From positions 32,001 through 96,000 of IMG/VR virus record IMGVR_UViG_3300007511_000004: a DNA stretch of 64,000 nt; one strand, 5' to 3'. The position numbers and the translations under genes are program-made. Below the pieces are notes generated by a model, which was not told where the DNA came from, did no database searches, and saw only the letters and a program-made list of their open reading frames with translations. The stretch's first letter is position 1. Each line of letters opens with the position of its first letter. This document shows positions 1 through 9,249 of this stretch, in pieces. This DNA is from a virus.

Positions 1-299
1 TATATAACACTCAGAAAAATACTATAGAGAGGATAATCCCCGACTTCTTTAACGGGAATGGGGATCAATGGATTAATAAAATAACCGTACCGCGAACATG
101 GATGAACAATCCATATTTCTCCGAGATGGAAAAACATAAAGAGTACTTGATCGGTTGGCCTTTCATGGACTCTTTGGGCGGGGAGACGATATCTACTCGG
201 AAACATGAGATATCTGACGTTGACCATCATCCGAATAAAAAAGGCCAAGAATATATTGCAGAAATGTTTTTAAGGAGTTGGGCCGATGTTAAAGTATAG
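1..299 (+). CDS. 5'-truncated SGNH/GDSL-like hypothetical protein, paralogue of 932..1888
   Basis: Frame is open from position 3. Its C-terminus GWPFMDSLGGETI...DHHPNKKG matches GWPFFPELGGETL...DQHPNSLG in 932..1888 (DxxHP block V-like motif). Confidence 0.55.
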   Translation, partial: YNTQKNTIERIIPDFFNGNGDQWINKITVPRTWMNNPYFSEMEKHKEYLIGWPFMDSLGGETISTRKHEISDVDHHPNKKGQEYIAEMFLRSWADVKV

Positions 300-393
300 A
301 ATAAGAATTTGGATCTATAGGATCAAGAGATTGTTTCTCAAGGAGGATCGCGAAGTCCAAAATTTCATATACGATAATGATGAAGATAAATGA
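286..393 (+). CDS. small hypothetical protein (35 aa, MLKYRIRIWIYRIKRLFLKEDREVQNFIYDNDEDK)
   Basis: Not in the ORF track. RBS TAAGGAG at 271-277, ATG at 286; the stop overlaps the next start (ATGA at 390-393). Confidence 0.5.
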   Translation: MLKYRIRIWIYRIKRLFLKEDREVQNFIYDNDEDK

Positions 394-926
394 AAGAATT
401 ACGCTCCTCTCTAGATCCATTCCCCTTTGCGGTGATTGATGATATCATGGATCCCTATACATTCGGGTTAGTGAAGGAATATGGGTATCATGTTCTGAAT
501 AGGTATGAAGAAAAAGGCATCCATCAGCATATAATGGATAAGAATGAATCCCCGTTATTATTCTCAGTACTAGAGGGCGTAAATGACGAATTCCGGGATA
601 TCTATTATGATAAGTGGGGGATAGATAAGAATATTACCTCCCACACCAATGTTCAGTTCTCCTGCTATAACACCGATCATACTGATTATCCTGAATATAA
701 TATTCACAATGATTCTAAAAAGAAAATCACGTCATGCGTTATTGCACTATCTGATAGGGGGAATATGACCGAAATCTATTCGGGTAAGAAGAAATTGGTG
801 CATAGTCCTGAATGGAAACCGAACAGAGGGGTTCTATTCAAGAGAAGCGATACGAGTTGGCATAAGGTCGGGAACCCGTTGGGAGGGCCAAGGTTGTGTG
901 TTAATATATTCAGAAGCGGGGCATAA
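390..926 (+). CDS. 2OG-Fe(II) oxygenase family protein
   Basis: HND...WHKV...R facial triad/2OG-binding pattern; PNRGVLF strand. Confidence 0.75.
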   Translation: MKELRSSLDPFPFAVIDDIMDPYTFGLVKEYGYHVLNRYEEKGIHQHIMDKNESPLLFSVLEGVNDEFRDIYYDKWGIDKNITSHTNVQFSCYNTDHTDYPEYNIHNDSKKKITSCVIALSDRGNMTEIYSGKKKLVHSPEWKPNRGVLFKRSDTSWHKVGNPLGGPRLCVNIFRSGA

Positions 927-931
927 TAGCC

Positions 932-1888
932 GTGACTTATCTTTTAGTGGGTGGGTGTAGTTGGAGCGATATAAATTATAATAGTCCCGACCCAGATTAT
1001 AATGGCCCAAAGGAATATTTGAAATGGTCTGAACATCTTGCAAATTACCTAGATGTACCGCTGGTATCCGTTGCTTGGTGTGGGCGGGGGCAATACTACA
1101 ATTACCCCCTACTGATGGATCGTATCTTATCTGATAACCCTCCTGAATATGTCGTCTGGCAACTATCGGGTAGTCGTAGATTCGAGATACCGGGCTCATC
1201 TATAGATTTCTGTAGTCCAATATTGAACCCCAAAGCAGGAAAAGAGTTAACAACTCTGGGTCATAGATATATGCGAGTTAATAATCGCGATGATCTTATT
1301 GATCTAGTGGAGAATGCAATGCCGTCTGCCGTTGAACGAAAGCACTTATATAATGTGGCTAAAAATCTCCTTGATTCTATATTTTATTATTCTACTAATA
1401 CGTACGATTTACTTGAAGAACAATTCCGAATGATTTATAGATTCAAAAGAACTTGTGAATTATTAGGTATTAAGTTTTTCGTATTTGCTACAGATGTTAA
1501 TATAATTGATAGGGATGGTCTTAGGGATAACCTACTAGAAACAGTTCCGGAATACCATGTTAATTCAGCTCATAATATAGCTCGAAAACTCCAGATGATG
1601 AGTCATCATCCGTTAGAAAAATATAAATCTAAGACATCGAAACAATTAGCATACGGCCAGGTTCTGAGACAAATTACGAGTACCGATATTTTTAAGACCC
1701 TTGAAGAGGACCATACAGGAATATATGGCTGGCCTTTCTTTCCCGAGCTCGGAGGGGAAACATTATGCGCATTGAGGGACCCGGAATATTCAAGGGGAGA
1801 GCTAACGGTAAGCGCGAAGGACCAGCATCCCAATTCCCTTGGACATAAAATTTTATTTGAAAAGGTCGCAAAAGAGTGGAACATCTAG
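932..1888 (+). CDS. SGNH/GDSL-like hydrolase/acyltransferase-fold protein
   Basis: N-terminal LVGGCSWSD (GxS block I-like) and C-terminal DQHPNSLGH (block V). Confidence 0.6.
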   Translation: MTYLLVGGCSWSDINYNSPDPDYNGPKEYLKWSEHLANYLDVPLVSVAWCGRGQYYNYPLLMDRILSDNPPEYVVWQLSGSRRFEIPGSSIDFCSPILNPKAGKELTTLGHRYMRVNNRDDLIDLVENAMPSAVERKHLYNVAKNLLDSIFYYSTNTYDLLEEQFRMIYRFKRTCELLGIKFFVFATDVNIIDRDGLRDNLLETVPEYHVNSAHNIARKLQMMSHHPLEKYKSKTSKQLAYGQVLRQITSTDIFKTLEEDHTGIYGWPFFPELGGETLCALRDPEYSRGELTVSAKDQHPNSLGHKILFEKVAKEWNI

Positions 1889-2826
1889 AAAGAGCCGTAA
1901 TAGAGGTATTTGGGGGTTGCAACTATACTTGCGATATGTGCCCTCAGTCCTCGGGCAGAGGACGCGATTGGACGCGGAAAATGCCTCTTCGGTTATTTGA
2001 AAACATTCTGGATCAATTACCCGGAAAGCCTATTATTAACCTTGAAGGCTCTGGTGAACCTACGATGGCCAAGGATTTACCGAGATATGTTGAAGCGTGT
2101 ACGAACCGTGGTCTTAAAACATTTATGTTTACGAATGGTTCTTATTTCACGGGAGATCTTTTAAAAGATACAATTGATGCGGGTTTATCGTTTGTTAGGT
2201 TTTCATGCATAGGGTATAATCGAGATCTATATCAGAAATGGATGAGCCAAGATAACTTTAATATGCTGAAGAAGCACGTCACCGAGACTAATGACTATAT
2301 TAGTAAACGCAATAGTAATTGTGAGGTTAGTAGCTACCATCTAATTCTAGATAATGATAATGTAGAACATGAAATCGACGAGTATCGATCCAACTTTATT
2401 GATCCACTCGGTACTATAGGATATATTTGGAAAATGCACAATTGGAGTGGGAATTGGTCGCCCGAGTATGATAGGAAGTCTCCGGAAAAGCGGACATGCG
2501 GCCGGCCGTTCGCCCCCGAGATTACTATTAGAGCAGGTGGAGTGAATGGGTTAAGAGGGGCAGTCACTCCCTGTTGCCAGACTATGGGACCGCCCAATGA
2601 GGATAAGAGTGTGCTAGGTCATTTCCAGAATCAAACATTTGAAGATATTTGGTACGGTGATGAATATAACAAACTTCGGAAAGCCCATGAGCTCGGGGAA
2701 TGGCCTGATTATTGTGAGAATTGTGATTTCTTGATCGATGATAATGAGGTGTTAGTGTGGAGCAACGATCCTACTGCAAAAGTCCATAAGATGATCGGTG
2801 CAACGGATTTAGGGGAATATAGATGA
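1876..2826 (+). CDS. radical SAM protein with SPASM/twitch domain
   Basis: CNYTCDMC (CxxxCxxC), GSGEP, and C-terminal CGRPF...PCC...CENC. Confidence 0.9.
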   Translation: MEHLERAVIEVFGGCNYTCDMCPQSSGRGRDWTRKMPLRLFENILDQLPGKPIINLEGSGEPTMAKDLPRYVEACTNRGLKTFMFTNGSYFTGDLLKDTIDAGLSFVRFSCIGYNRDLYQKWMSQDNFNMLKKHVTETNDYISKRNSNCEVSSYHLILDNDNVEHEIDEYRSNFIDPLGTIGYIWKMHNWSGNWSPEYDRKSPEKRTCGRPFAPEITIRAGGVNGLRGAVTPCCQTMGPPNEDKSVLGHFQNQTFEDIWYGDEYNKLRKAHELGEWPDYCENCDFLIDDNEVLVWSNDPTAKVHKMIGATDLGEYR

Positions 2827-4364
2827 GAATATTAATTGCATACCCAAATCTACCCCTTATGCTCGTACCTGCTGTTACGGTCGGCCTGTTTACGGACATA
2901 TGCAAAAAAGAAAATGTTGAAATAGATCTCTTTGAGACTACTGCCTACAGTGATGATCCTGAAGCTGGTATGATCTTTAAAACCAAACTTGGAAACGGTA
3001 GGGCTTATTCTATTGAAGAGATTGGGATGGAGATCCGGTCAACTAATTATATGTTGGATGATTTCAGATCAAAGGTATTGGGGTATGATCCGGATCTGAT
3101 CTTGTTCTCAACGGTTGAAGATACCTTCAAAGATACGGTAGCAATGCTTGAAAAGATTGCTGATCTTGGAATCCCCCATATCGTGGGTGGCGTATTTCCC
3201 ATAGCGGCACCGGATCGATGCCTGGAACATCCTTTGATAAAAGCGATTTGCAGATTCGAGGGAGAATATGTAGTACGAGACGTTATTCGTAGGATGAAGG
3301 ATAATCTACCATGGGATGACGTTGCGGGTATATGGACCAAGGAGAAAAGAAACCCATTCCAGCCTCTGGTAGACATTGATGAATATAGCCCCGACTACAG
3401 TCTTTATCATCCCGATAGATTCCTGAGAGCCGTCGGAGGTAATATTGTTAGGTCGATTAATCTTGAATCGTATCGAGGGTGTCCATATTCTTGTACTTTT
3501 TGTAATAGTCCAATGACCCGTGGATTGGATAAGAAGTTTCTTAGAAGGAAATCAATCGGAGTATTGAAAAAGGAGATAGAGGAGTATATTGAACTGTATG
3601 ATCCCAGTTACTTCTTCTTCGTCGACGATTCATTCCTTGCCAGACCGAAACATGAGGTCTTTGCAATCTGTGATCTCATGGAGGAATACGGGATACCTTG
3701 GTGGTGTAATACTCGTATTGAAAACGTAAATGAAGAACTTCTTGCAGCAATGAAGAGAGGTAATTGCGATCGGATCCAATATGGCATTGAGTGTGGAAAC
3801 GACGAATATCGCAAGACCGTCTTAAAAAGAAATGTAACACTCGAACAATATCATGATAAAATTAATATAATAAATAACTCAGGTATACCATATGGTCTAA
3901 ATGTGATTATTGGTTTACCACATGAAACAAAAGAGATGGTGTTTGAGACTGTTGATCTGGTAAAAGAGTTTGGTGGTAATGATGGTATTGCAGTAGCTAT
4001 CTTTATTCCGTACCATGGCACCTTACTTAGAAAGTATGCCATTGATAATGGACTATTGGATCCTGACTGGATATCGGGAGATGGATATTTATTGGGAGGG
4101 TCTGCTCTAGTGCAACCCGAAGGTTACCTATCTAGGGAAGATATTTGGAATTTGGCAAATACGTTTAAATATTATGCTCTATTTAATAAGGACCTATGGC
4201 ATTTAATTGATGAGGATATTGAAAACGCCGAGAAACTATATAATGAGTCATTCTTTTTAGATAAAGCAGCAGATGGCATGACAAATATTATTAATCGAAC
4301 TAAGAAGATTTGGTCGTGTGAAACAGACGGATATCATGACGTTAGAATATTACAAAACGTATAG
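2823..4364 (+). CDS. cobalamin(B12)-binding radical SAM protein (class B methyltransferase-like)
   Basis: N-terminal B12-binding-like domain (IVGGVFP...EGE), RGCPYSCTFC, FVDDSF, GIECGN, IIGLPHET. Confidence 0.85.
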   Translation: MRILIAYPNLPLMLVPAVTVGLFTDICKKENVEIDLFETTAYSDDPEAGMIFKTKLGNGRAYSIEEIGMEIRSTNYMLDDFRSKVLGYDPDLILFSTVEDTFKDTVAMLEKIADLGIPHIVGGVFPIAAPDRCLEHPLIKAICRFEGEYVVRDVIRRMKDNLPWDDVAGIWTKEKRNPFQPLVDIDEYSPDYSLYHPDRFLRAVGGNIVRSINLESYRGCPYSCTFCNSPMTRGLDKKFLRRKSIGVLKKEIEEYIELYDPSYFFFVDDSFLARPKHEVFAICDLMEEYGIPWWCNTRIENVNEELLAAMKRGNCDRIQYGIECGNDEYRKTVLKRNVTLEQYHDKINIINNSGIPYGLNVIIGLPHETKEMVFETVDLVKEFGGNDGIAVAIFIPYHGTLLRKYAIDNGLLDPDWISGDGYLLGGSALVQPEGYLSREDIWNLANTFKYYALFNKDLWHLIDEDIENAEKLYNESFFLDKAADGMTNIINRTKKIWSCETDGYHDVRILQNV

Positions 4365-5229
4365 AATTAATACTGCCGAGGCGTGGACAAAGGTTGATAT
4401 AGACCGCTCCCGGCTATGTTATATTAACTCTAGGGGTGCTTTTGGTTGGTGTGATATATTAGCAAAGCTTTCTGAAGTATTTCTGGATGCTCAATTAAAG
4501 AGTAGACTTACAGATAGAACCCCACATTATACGATTGTAACCCCGGAATGGGTATTGGACAAACTCTGGGAGGGTGACGAATACGAATCATATGATAGAA
4601 TCGAATTTGTAATAAACAACTTCATTCCTCCTGATAATGGTATTATAATATCGGTTTATATCATATCAGAGGAAGCCGATTTGAATTTATTTGAACCCTA
4701 TCATGATGATAAGGATAAAAGATCGAATGGGGTGGAATGGCCATTTATTACCAATACCAAATGGTCGCTCAAAGATCAGGGACTACCTAAAGAGTATGTG
4801 ACATGGAATAGACTTGGGAGAACCTTTCAGAAAGAGCAGTACCCACATTTACTCCAAATAGAGGAGTGGCTTGAGGAAGCATTAGATCGGTATGATATAC
4901 CACATAAAATAATTGATTATAGTATGAGTCCCAAGAGAACTTATGATATTATGTCGTCTAGTGCATTACACATCTCATACGTTGGGGCGACGTGGTGGCT
5001 AGCACATTATATGGATATTCCTATTTTTGATTATGGATTGACTGGGCCCATGGGTTCTCTATTCGGGGAATTAAGAGCGCCGGGAAGAGCCAAGAAACAT
5101 CCCCAAATGACCTGGGATTCTTCAATTGGAAGATTCAAGGAAAAGAAGCATTTACCACTTGTCCACCTATCCGGCCAATGTGATAAAGAAGAATTAGTAA
5201 GGAATTTATTAAAACATGTACCCTTATAA
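4318..5229 (+). CDS. hypothetical protein, paralogue 1 of 3 (possible GT-B/GT9-like glycosyltransferase)
   Basis: Shares IDYS...HISYVGATWWLAHY block with the next two ORFs; the GT assignment is tentative. Confidence 0.45.
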   Translation: MKQTDIMTLEYYKTYRINTAEAWTKVDIDRSRLCYINSRGAFGWCDILAKLSEVFLDAQLKSRLTDRTPHYTIVTPEWVLDKLWEGDEYESYDRIEFVINNFIPPDNGIIISVYIISEEADLNLFEPYHDDKDKRSNGVEWPFITNTKWSLKDQGLPKEYVTWNRLGRTFQKEQYPHLLQIEEWLEEALDRYDIPHKIIDYSMSPKRTYDIMSSSALHISYVGATWWLAHYMDIPIFDYGLTGPMGSLFGELRAPGRAKKHPQMTWDSSIGRFKEKKHLPLVHLSGQCDKEELVRNLLKHVPL

Positions 5230-6064
5230 GACCCTATATTTGGGTGCACCGGACACTGGTGAAATAGTCCTTCCGAATGAGGGGGATTTTCACCTCATGA
5301 ATACTAAATATGTAACGTGGTGCGATACGCTTTCCAGGCTAAGCGTAATGTTCCTGAATGCAGAAGTGAAAAGCCGGATGCATATTGGTCCCTCGAAAGC
5401 TACCCTTTATATCCCGGAAACATATCTGACAGATAAGTTTAAGGCGAAGGATAAGGAGCTACCGGTAGAAAGGATAGAGAAATTAATTTTCAGTCTCCGG
5501 AGACCGACCAACGGGTTGATAGTTACGATATATGTATTAGCCGATTGGGGATATCAACTAGAATTACCGCAATCTGCGTGGCCATTTTCGACTAATGTAT
5601 GTTGGCCGTTCAAATTCCCTCACATGCCCAAAGATTATATTACCATTCAAAAACATCAGGCTGGATCACCAGAGGGGGCTCATGTTATAGAGGTGCAGGA
5701 AAAAGTCATTGAGCATTTCGAGAATAAAGGGATCGATATCAGATATATCGATTACTCTCAAGATACCAATTATGTCCTTAATACTATGGCAGGTTCCAAA
5801 TTACACGTTTCGTATCGAGGCGCAAGTTGGTGGATTGCCCATTATCTAGAAATGCCAGTATTAGCATATGGTGATAAAAGGGGTTCACAAGCATTATTCG
5901 GTGCTCATAATAGTTCGGCATGTCAAGAGTATGGGCCCGAAAAACCCAGTATATTATCCTATAGAGGACATGATTTTGTTTTCGAGGCGAAACCAGAAGA
6001 ATATTCGATTAGTAGAGAAGATGATGTAGATGATACCATACAAAACAAAATATCTTGGTTGTGA
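5216..6064 (+). CDS. hypothetical protein, paralogue 2 of 3
   Basis: IDYS...HVSYRGASWWIAHY block; overlaps its neighbours. Confidence 0.45.
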   Translation: MYPYKTLYLGAPDTGEIVLPNEGDFHLMNTKYVTWCDTLSRLSVMFLNAEVKSRMHIGPSKATLYIPETYLTDKFKAKDKELPVERIEKLIFSLRRPTNGLIVTIYVLADWGYQLELPQSAWPFSTNVCWPFKFPHMPKDYITIQKHQAGSPEGAHVIEVQEKVIEHFENKGIDIRYIDYSQDTNYVLNTMAGSKLHVSYRGASWWIAHYLEMPVLAYGDKRGSQALFGAHNSSACQEYGPEKPSILSYRGHDFVFEAKPEEYSISREDDVDDTIQNKISWL

Positions 6065-6941
6065 TAATAATTCAGAAATTGCCGAAGCTGGCAAATCTGT
6101 TGCGGTAAGATTCTGCTGGGCGACGATGTATTCCTGGGCTACCATGGTTAATACGGTATCCCAAGCATTCGCTCAAGCCCAATTATTACATCAAGAAGGT
6201 GCATACAATGAGCCCGTAAGAGTTGCAGTGTTTTTCACCAAAGAAGAGCATAAGAAAAAAGAAGCGGATCCCGAAACAATTAATTATAGGATTGAGTGGC
6301 TATTCGAGAATATGATGCCGCCGGAATGTGGTATGATAGTGAGCTTTTACGAGCTACCCGAGGGCAAGGAACATATAGTAGTTCCATTCTTTATCTCCAC
6401 TTATTGGCCAACTAAAAAACAATGGAAGGGTGATGGGGACTTTATTACTATCCAGAAAACTGAAGCGGTTGGTGGACCAAAGAAATATCAGATATTTGAG
6501 GAAGCGCCACAGTATATTGAAATGGTAGAAGAACAGGCTACGAAATATGGGTACGATATTAAGTATATTGACTATACTATGCCATTTGATGAAATGCTAG
6601 ATCTTCTCATCCATACAAAACATCACTTCACCTATGCTGGGGCAACTTATTATTTCTGTGCATGCACTGGTACTCCGGTGACAGCTTGGACGTATTTCGA
6701 TCAAAAGATGAGACTTGGGACATATTATGACTATGATACCAAAGAACGAATCGATTGTATGATGCAGGATGCACAATGGGGTAAGATCACTAGTAATAAG
6801 GTAAGGTTGCTTCGATGGGATTGGGATCGGGGCGTAGTTCTAAATAAGACTGATGATTATGTACATCATTTAGAGGATATCTCTGAGCTAGAACGAATCT
6901 TTTATAAACGAATAGAAAATCCTAGATGCAAAGTTGCATAA
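6030..6941 (+). CDS. hypothetical protein, paralogue 3 of 3
   Basis: IDYT...HFTYAGATYYFCAC block; DFITIQK shared with paralogue 2. Confidence 0.45.
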   Translation: MIPYKTKYLGCDNNSEIAEAGKSVAVRFCWATMYSWATMVNTVSQAFAQAQLLHQEGAYNEPVRVAVFFTKEEHKKKEADPETINYRIEWLFENMMPPECGMIVSFYELPEGKEHIVVPFFISTYWPTKKQWKGDGDFITIQKTEAVGGPKKYQIFEEAPQYIEMVEEQATKYGYDIKYIDYTMPFDEMLDLLIHTKHHFTYAGATYYFCACTGTPVTAWTYFDQKMRLGTYYDYDTKERIDCMMQDAQWGKITSNKVRLLRWDWDRGVVLNKTDDYVHHLEDISELERIFYKRIENPRCKVA

Positions 6942-6944
6942 ATA
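6937..6944 (+). promoter_or_regulatory. T4-type late promoter variant (CATAAATA)
   Basis: One mismatch to TATAAATA, directly before the structural gene block; the same variant precedes gp18. Confidence 0.55.
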
Positions 6945-6971
6945 ATAGGAAAATAGATAAAGAGGATTGGT

Positions 6972-7325
6972 ATGGCGCAGTTCGAAGAACTTACAATTGA
7001 TCGTGGTGCTGACGCTTCCATTGAGTTGCATCTAGTAGAACCCAACGGTTCTGCCAAAGATCTGACTAATCATAGTGTTGCAGCTAAGATGAAGAAGACG
7101 TATAATAGTGACAGTGATGACACTGTGACTTTCTCTTGTTCTGTCCCCGTTCCCGCCACTGACGGCGTAGCAGTATTGAGTTTGACTAATACACAAACCG
7201 ATGCATTGAATCCGGGAAGATACGTTTACGATGTGGAATTATCCTTCCAAGATAGCGATGCTAATACTATCATCGAAAGAGTTTTAGAGGGTCAAATCAA
7301 TATCACCCCATCAGTGACTAGGTAA
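6972..7325 (+). CDS. virion structural protein (baseplate/BppU-like Ig-type domain)
   Basis: DLTNHSVAAKMKK...GRYVYDVEL...ERVLEGQINITPSVT pattern typical of T4-like marine phage structural proteins. Confidence 0.65.
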   Translation: MAQFEELTIDRGADASIELHLVEPNGSAKDLTNHSVAAKMKKTYNSDSDDTVTFSCSVPVPATDGVAVLSLTNTQTDALNPGRYVYDVELSFQDSDANTIIERVLEGQINITPSVTR

Positions 7326-7330
7326 GAAAT

Positions 7331-7588
7331 ATGGCTATTCGGGTCGGAACTAACGGTACGACAATTAAATCGGTAGCTGTGGCGGGATCTACCACCCAGG
7401 TCAAAAAGGTAGTAGTTGGTACACCGGTTCGGAGGATTTCTGTTTCCGGTGACACTATTGACACGCAGCTAGATGTTGACGCGTCAGCTAAACAACATGG
7501 AAGTCTTTTAATTTATGATTCCGACGGGACTAAGTGGACGGCTTCTATCGAATTGGAAAATCAAAACATTAACGGGGGCAATTACTAA
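7331..7588 (+). CDS. small virion-associated protein
   Basis: LDVDAS...GSLLIYDS...KW and C-terminal INGGNY, as in neighbouring fibre proteins ending DGGTY. Confidence 0.5.
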   Translation: MAIRVGTNGTTIKSVAVAGSTTQVKKVVVGTPVRRISVSGDTIDTQLDVDASAKQHGSLLIYDSDGTKWTASIELENQNINGGNY

Positions 7589-7613
7589 TGACTACCCCTA
7601 AAGGAGAACAATA

Positions 7614-9194
7614 ATGGCTGCGATCATAAGAATCAAAAGGTCTACTGGCACCAGTGCACCCGGATCGTTAAAATCCGGCGAAATCTCTTATTCTGCCGGT
7701 ACTGGCACTTCTGCCAATGGTGGCGATCGACTCTACTATGGTAAAGGCGATGATGGAGGAGGGAACGCTACCTCTATCGTTTCTATTGGTGGTGAATATC
7801 ACACTAATCAACTGGATCATACCCCTGGTACTCTTACAGCTTCGTCTGCTATTATTACCGATGCCTCGAGTAAGATCGATAATTTAAAAGTTGACAATCT
7901 GGATCTTAATGGTAATACTCTTAGTTCCACGGATACTAATGGTAATATCTCACTTAATCCTAATGGATCGGGTACGGTTGATGTTAATACCTCGAAGATC
8001 GTCAATGTCACCGATCCCGCTAGCGATCAAGATGCCGCTACAAAGGCCTATGTTGATACCCAAGTCGCAGGTAATAACAATTTAGATATTGCTGGTGACA
8101 CCGGCACAGATACCGTAGATCTTACATCTGAAACCCTGACCTTCTCTGGTGATTCAGATATCCTTGCTACGGTTACGAATAATACTGTTACTCTTACGCA
8201 TAGAGCCTCAGACGTCTCGGCTGGAACATATGGTTCTGCAACGGCAGTTCCAGTAATTACGGTTAATGCGAATGGTCACGTTGATACTGTTACAACAGCT
8301 TCCGTAGCTTCTCAGCTATCAATTGCTGATGATAATACAAATACGGATACGGTCAATCTTCTTAACGACACCCTTACGATCTCAGAGGGTGAAGGTATTA
8401 ATGCGGTTGTTAGCAACAATACTATTACAATCTCGGGTGAAGATGCCACGACCTCCAATAAAGGTGTAGCAAGTTTTAGCAGTGATAATTTTGCAGTCAC
8501 ATCTGGTGCAGTTACTATCAAAGATGGTGGCGTCGCAAACGCTGAACTGGCAAACTCTGCGGTCACTGTTGGTACAACTAGTATCTCACTTGGCGCTTCC
8601 TCTACAACCCTTGCCGGTCTAACCCAGATCGATGTTGATAATGTCCGAATCTTCGACAATACTGTTGCATCGTCTACTGGCGTTCTATATATTGATCCGA
8701 ATCCAATCGATTCTGATGGTGGCGAAGTTATTATCCGCGGCGACCTTACCATTCAAGGCACTACGACGACTGTTAATTCAACTACAGTATCGATCAATGA
8801 TAAGAATCTAGTATTAGCTGACTCGGCGGGTAATGCAGCTGCTGCTGATGGTGCAGGTATTACGGTTAATGGGCCGGGCACTCCAGCTACAATGACATAT
8901 AATGGTTCAACCGATCGATGGAACTTTAATAAAGATTTAGATCTATCAGCACTAACTGCTCTTAAGTTCTCGGGAGAGAATCTCACAGAGGCGCTGGAAG
9001 ATCATCTAGTTAACAACTTCTTCCTTGCCGGAGAAGGCATCGATCTAACATATGTTGACGGTTCGAATACCCTTACCGTTGCAGCCGAACTCGCAACCAC
9101 CACTAATAAGGGTGTTGCAAGCTTTGATACCGATCAATTCACTGTCACATCAGGTGCAGTAACTATCAGCGATATCGACGGCGGTACATATTAA
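7614..9194 (+). CDS. tail fibre-like structural protein
   Basis: IRIKRS N-terminus, DAATKAYVD motif, Gly/Thr/Ser-rich beta repeats, duplicated ATTxNKGVASF block, C-terminal DGGTY. Confidence 0.75.
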   Translation: MAAIIRIKRSTGTSAPGSLKSGEISYSAGTGTSANGGDRLYYGKGDDGGGNATSIVSIGGEYHTNQLDHTPGTLTASSAIITDASSKIDNLKVDNLDLNGNTLSSTDTNGNISLNPNGSGTVDVNTSKIVNVTDPASDQDAATKAYVDTQVAGNNNLDIAGDTGTDTVDLTSETLTFSGDSDILATVTNNTVTLTHRASDVSAGTYGSATAVPVITVNANGHVDTVTTASVASQLSIADDNTNTDTVNLLNDTLTISEGEGINAVVSNNTITISGEDATTSNKGVASFSSDNFAVTSGAVTIKDGGVANAELANSAVTVGTTSISLGASSTTLAGLTQIDVDNVRIFDNTVASSTGVLYIDPNPIDSDGGEVIIRGDLTIQGTTTTVNSTTVSINDKNLVLADSAGNAAAADGAGITVNGPGTPATMTYNGSTDRWNFNKDLDLSALTALKFSGENLTEALEDHLVNNFFLAGEGIDLTYVDGSNTLTVAAELATTTNKGVASFDTDQFTVTSGAVTISDIDGGTY

Positions 9195-9249
9195 TATCAA
9201 TAGCCAAATATTTTTATATTAGGCTTAAAATAACCTTTTTTAAGGAGCC

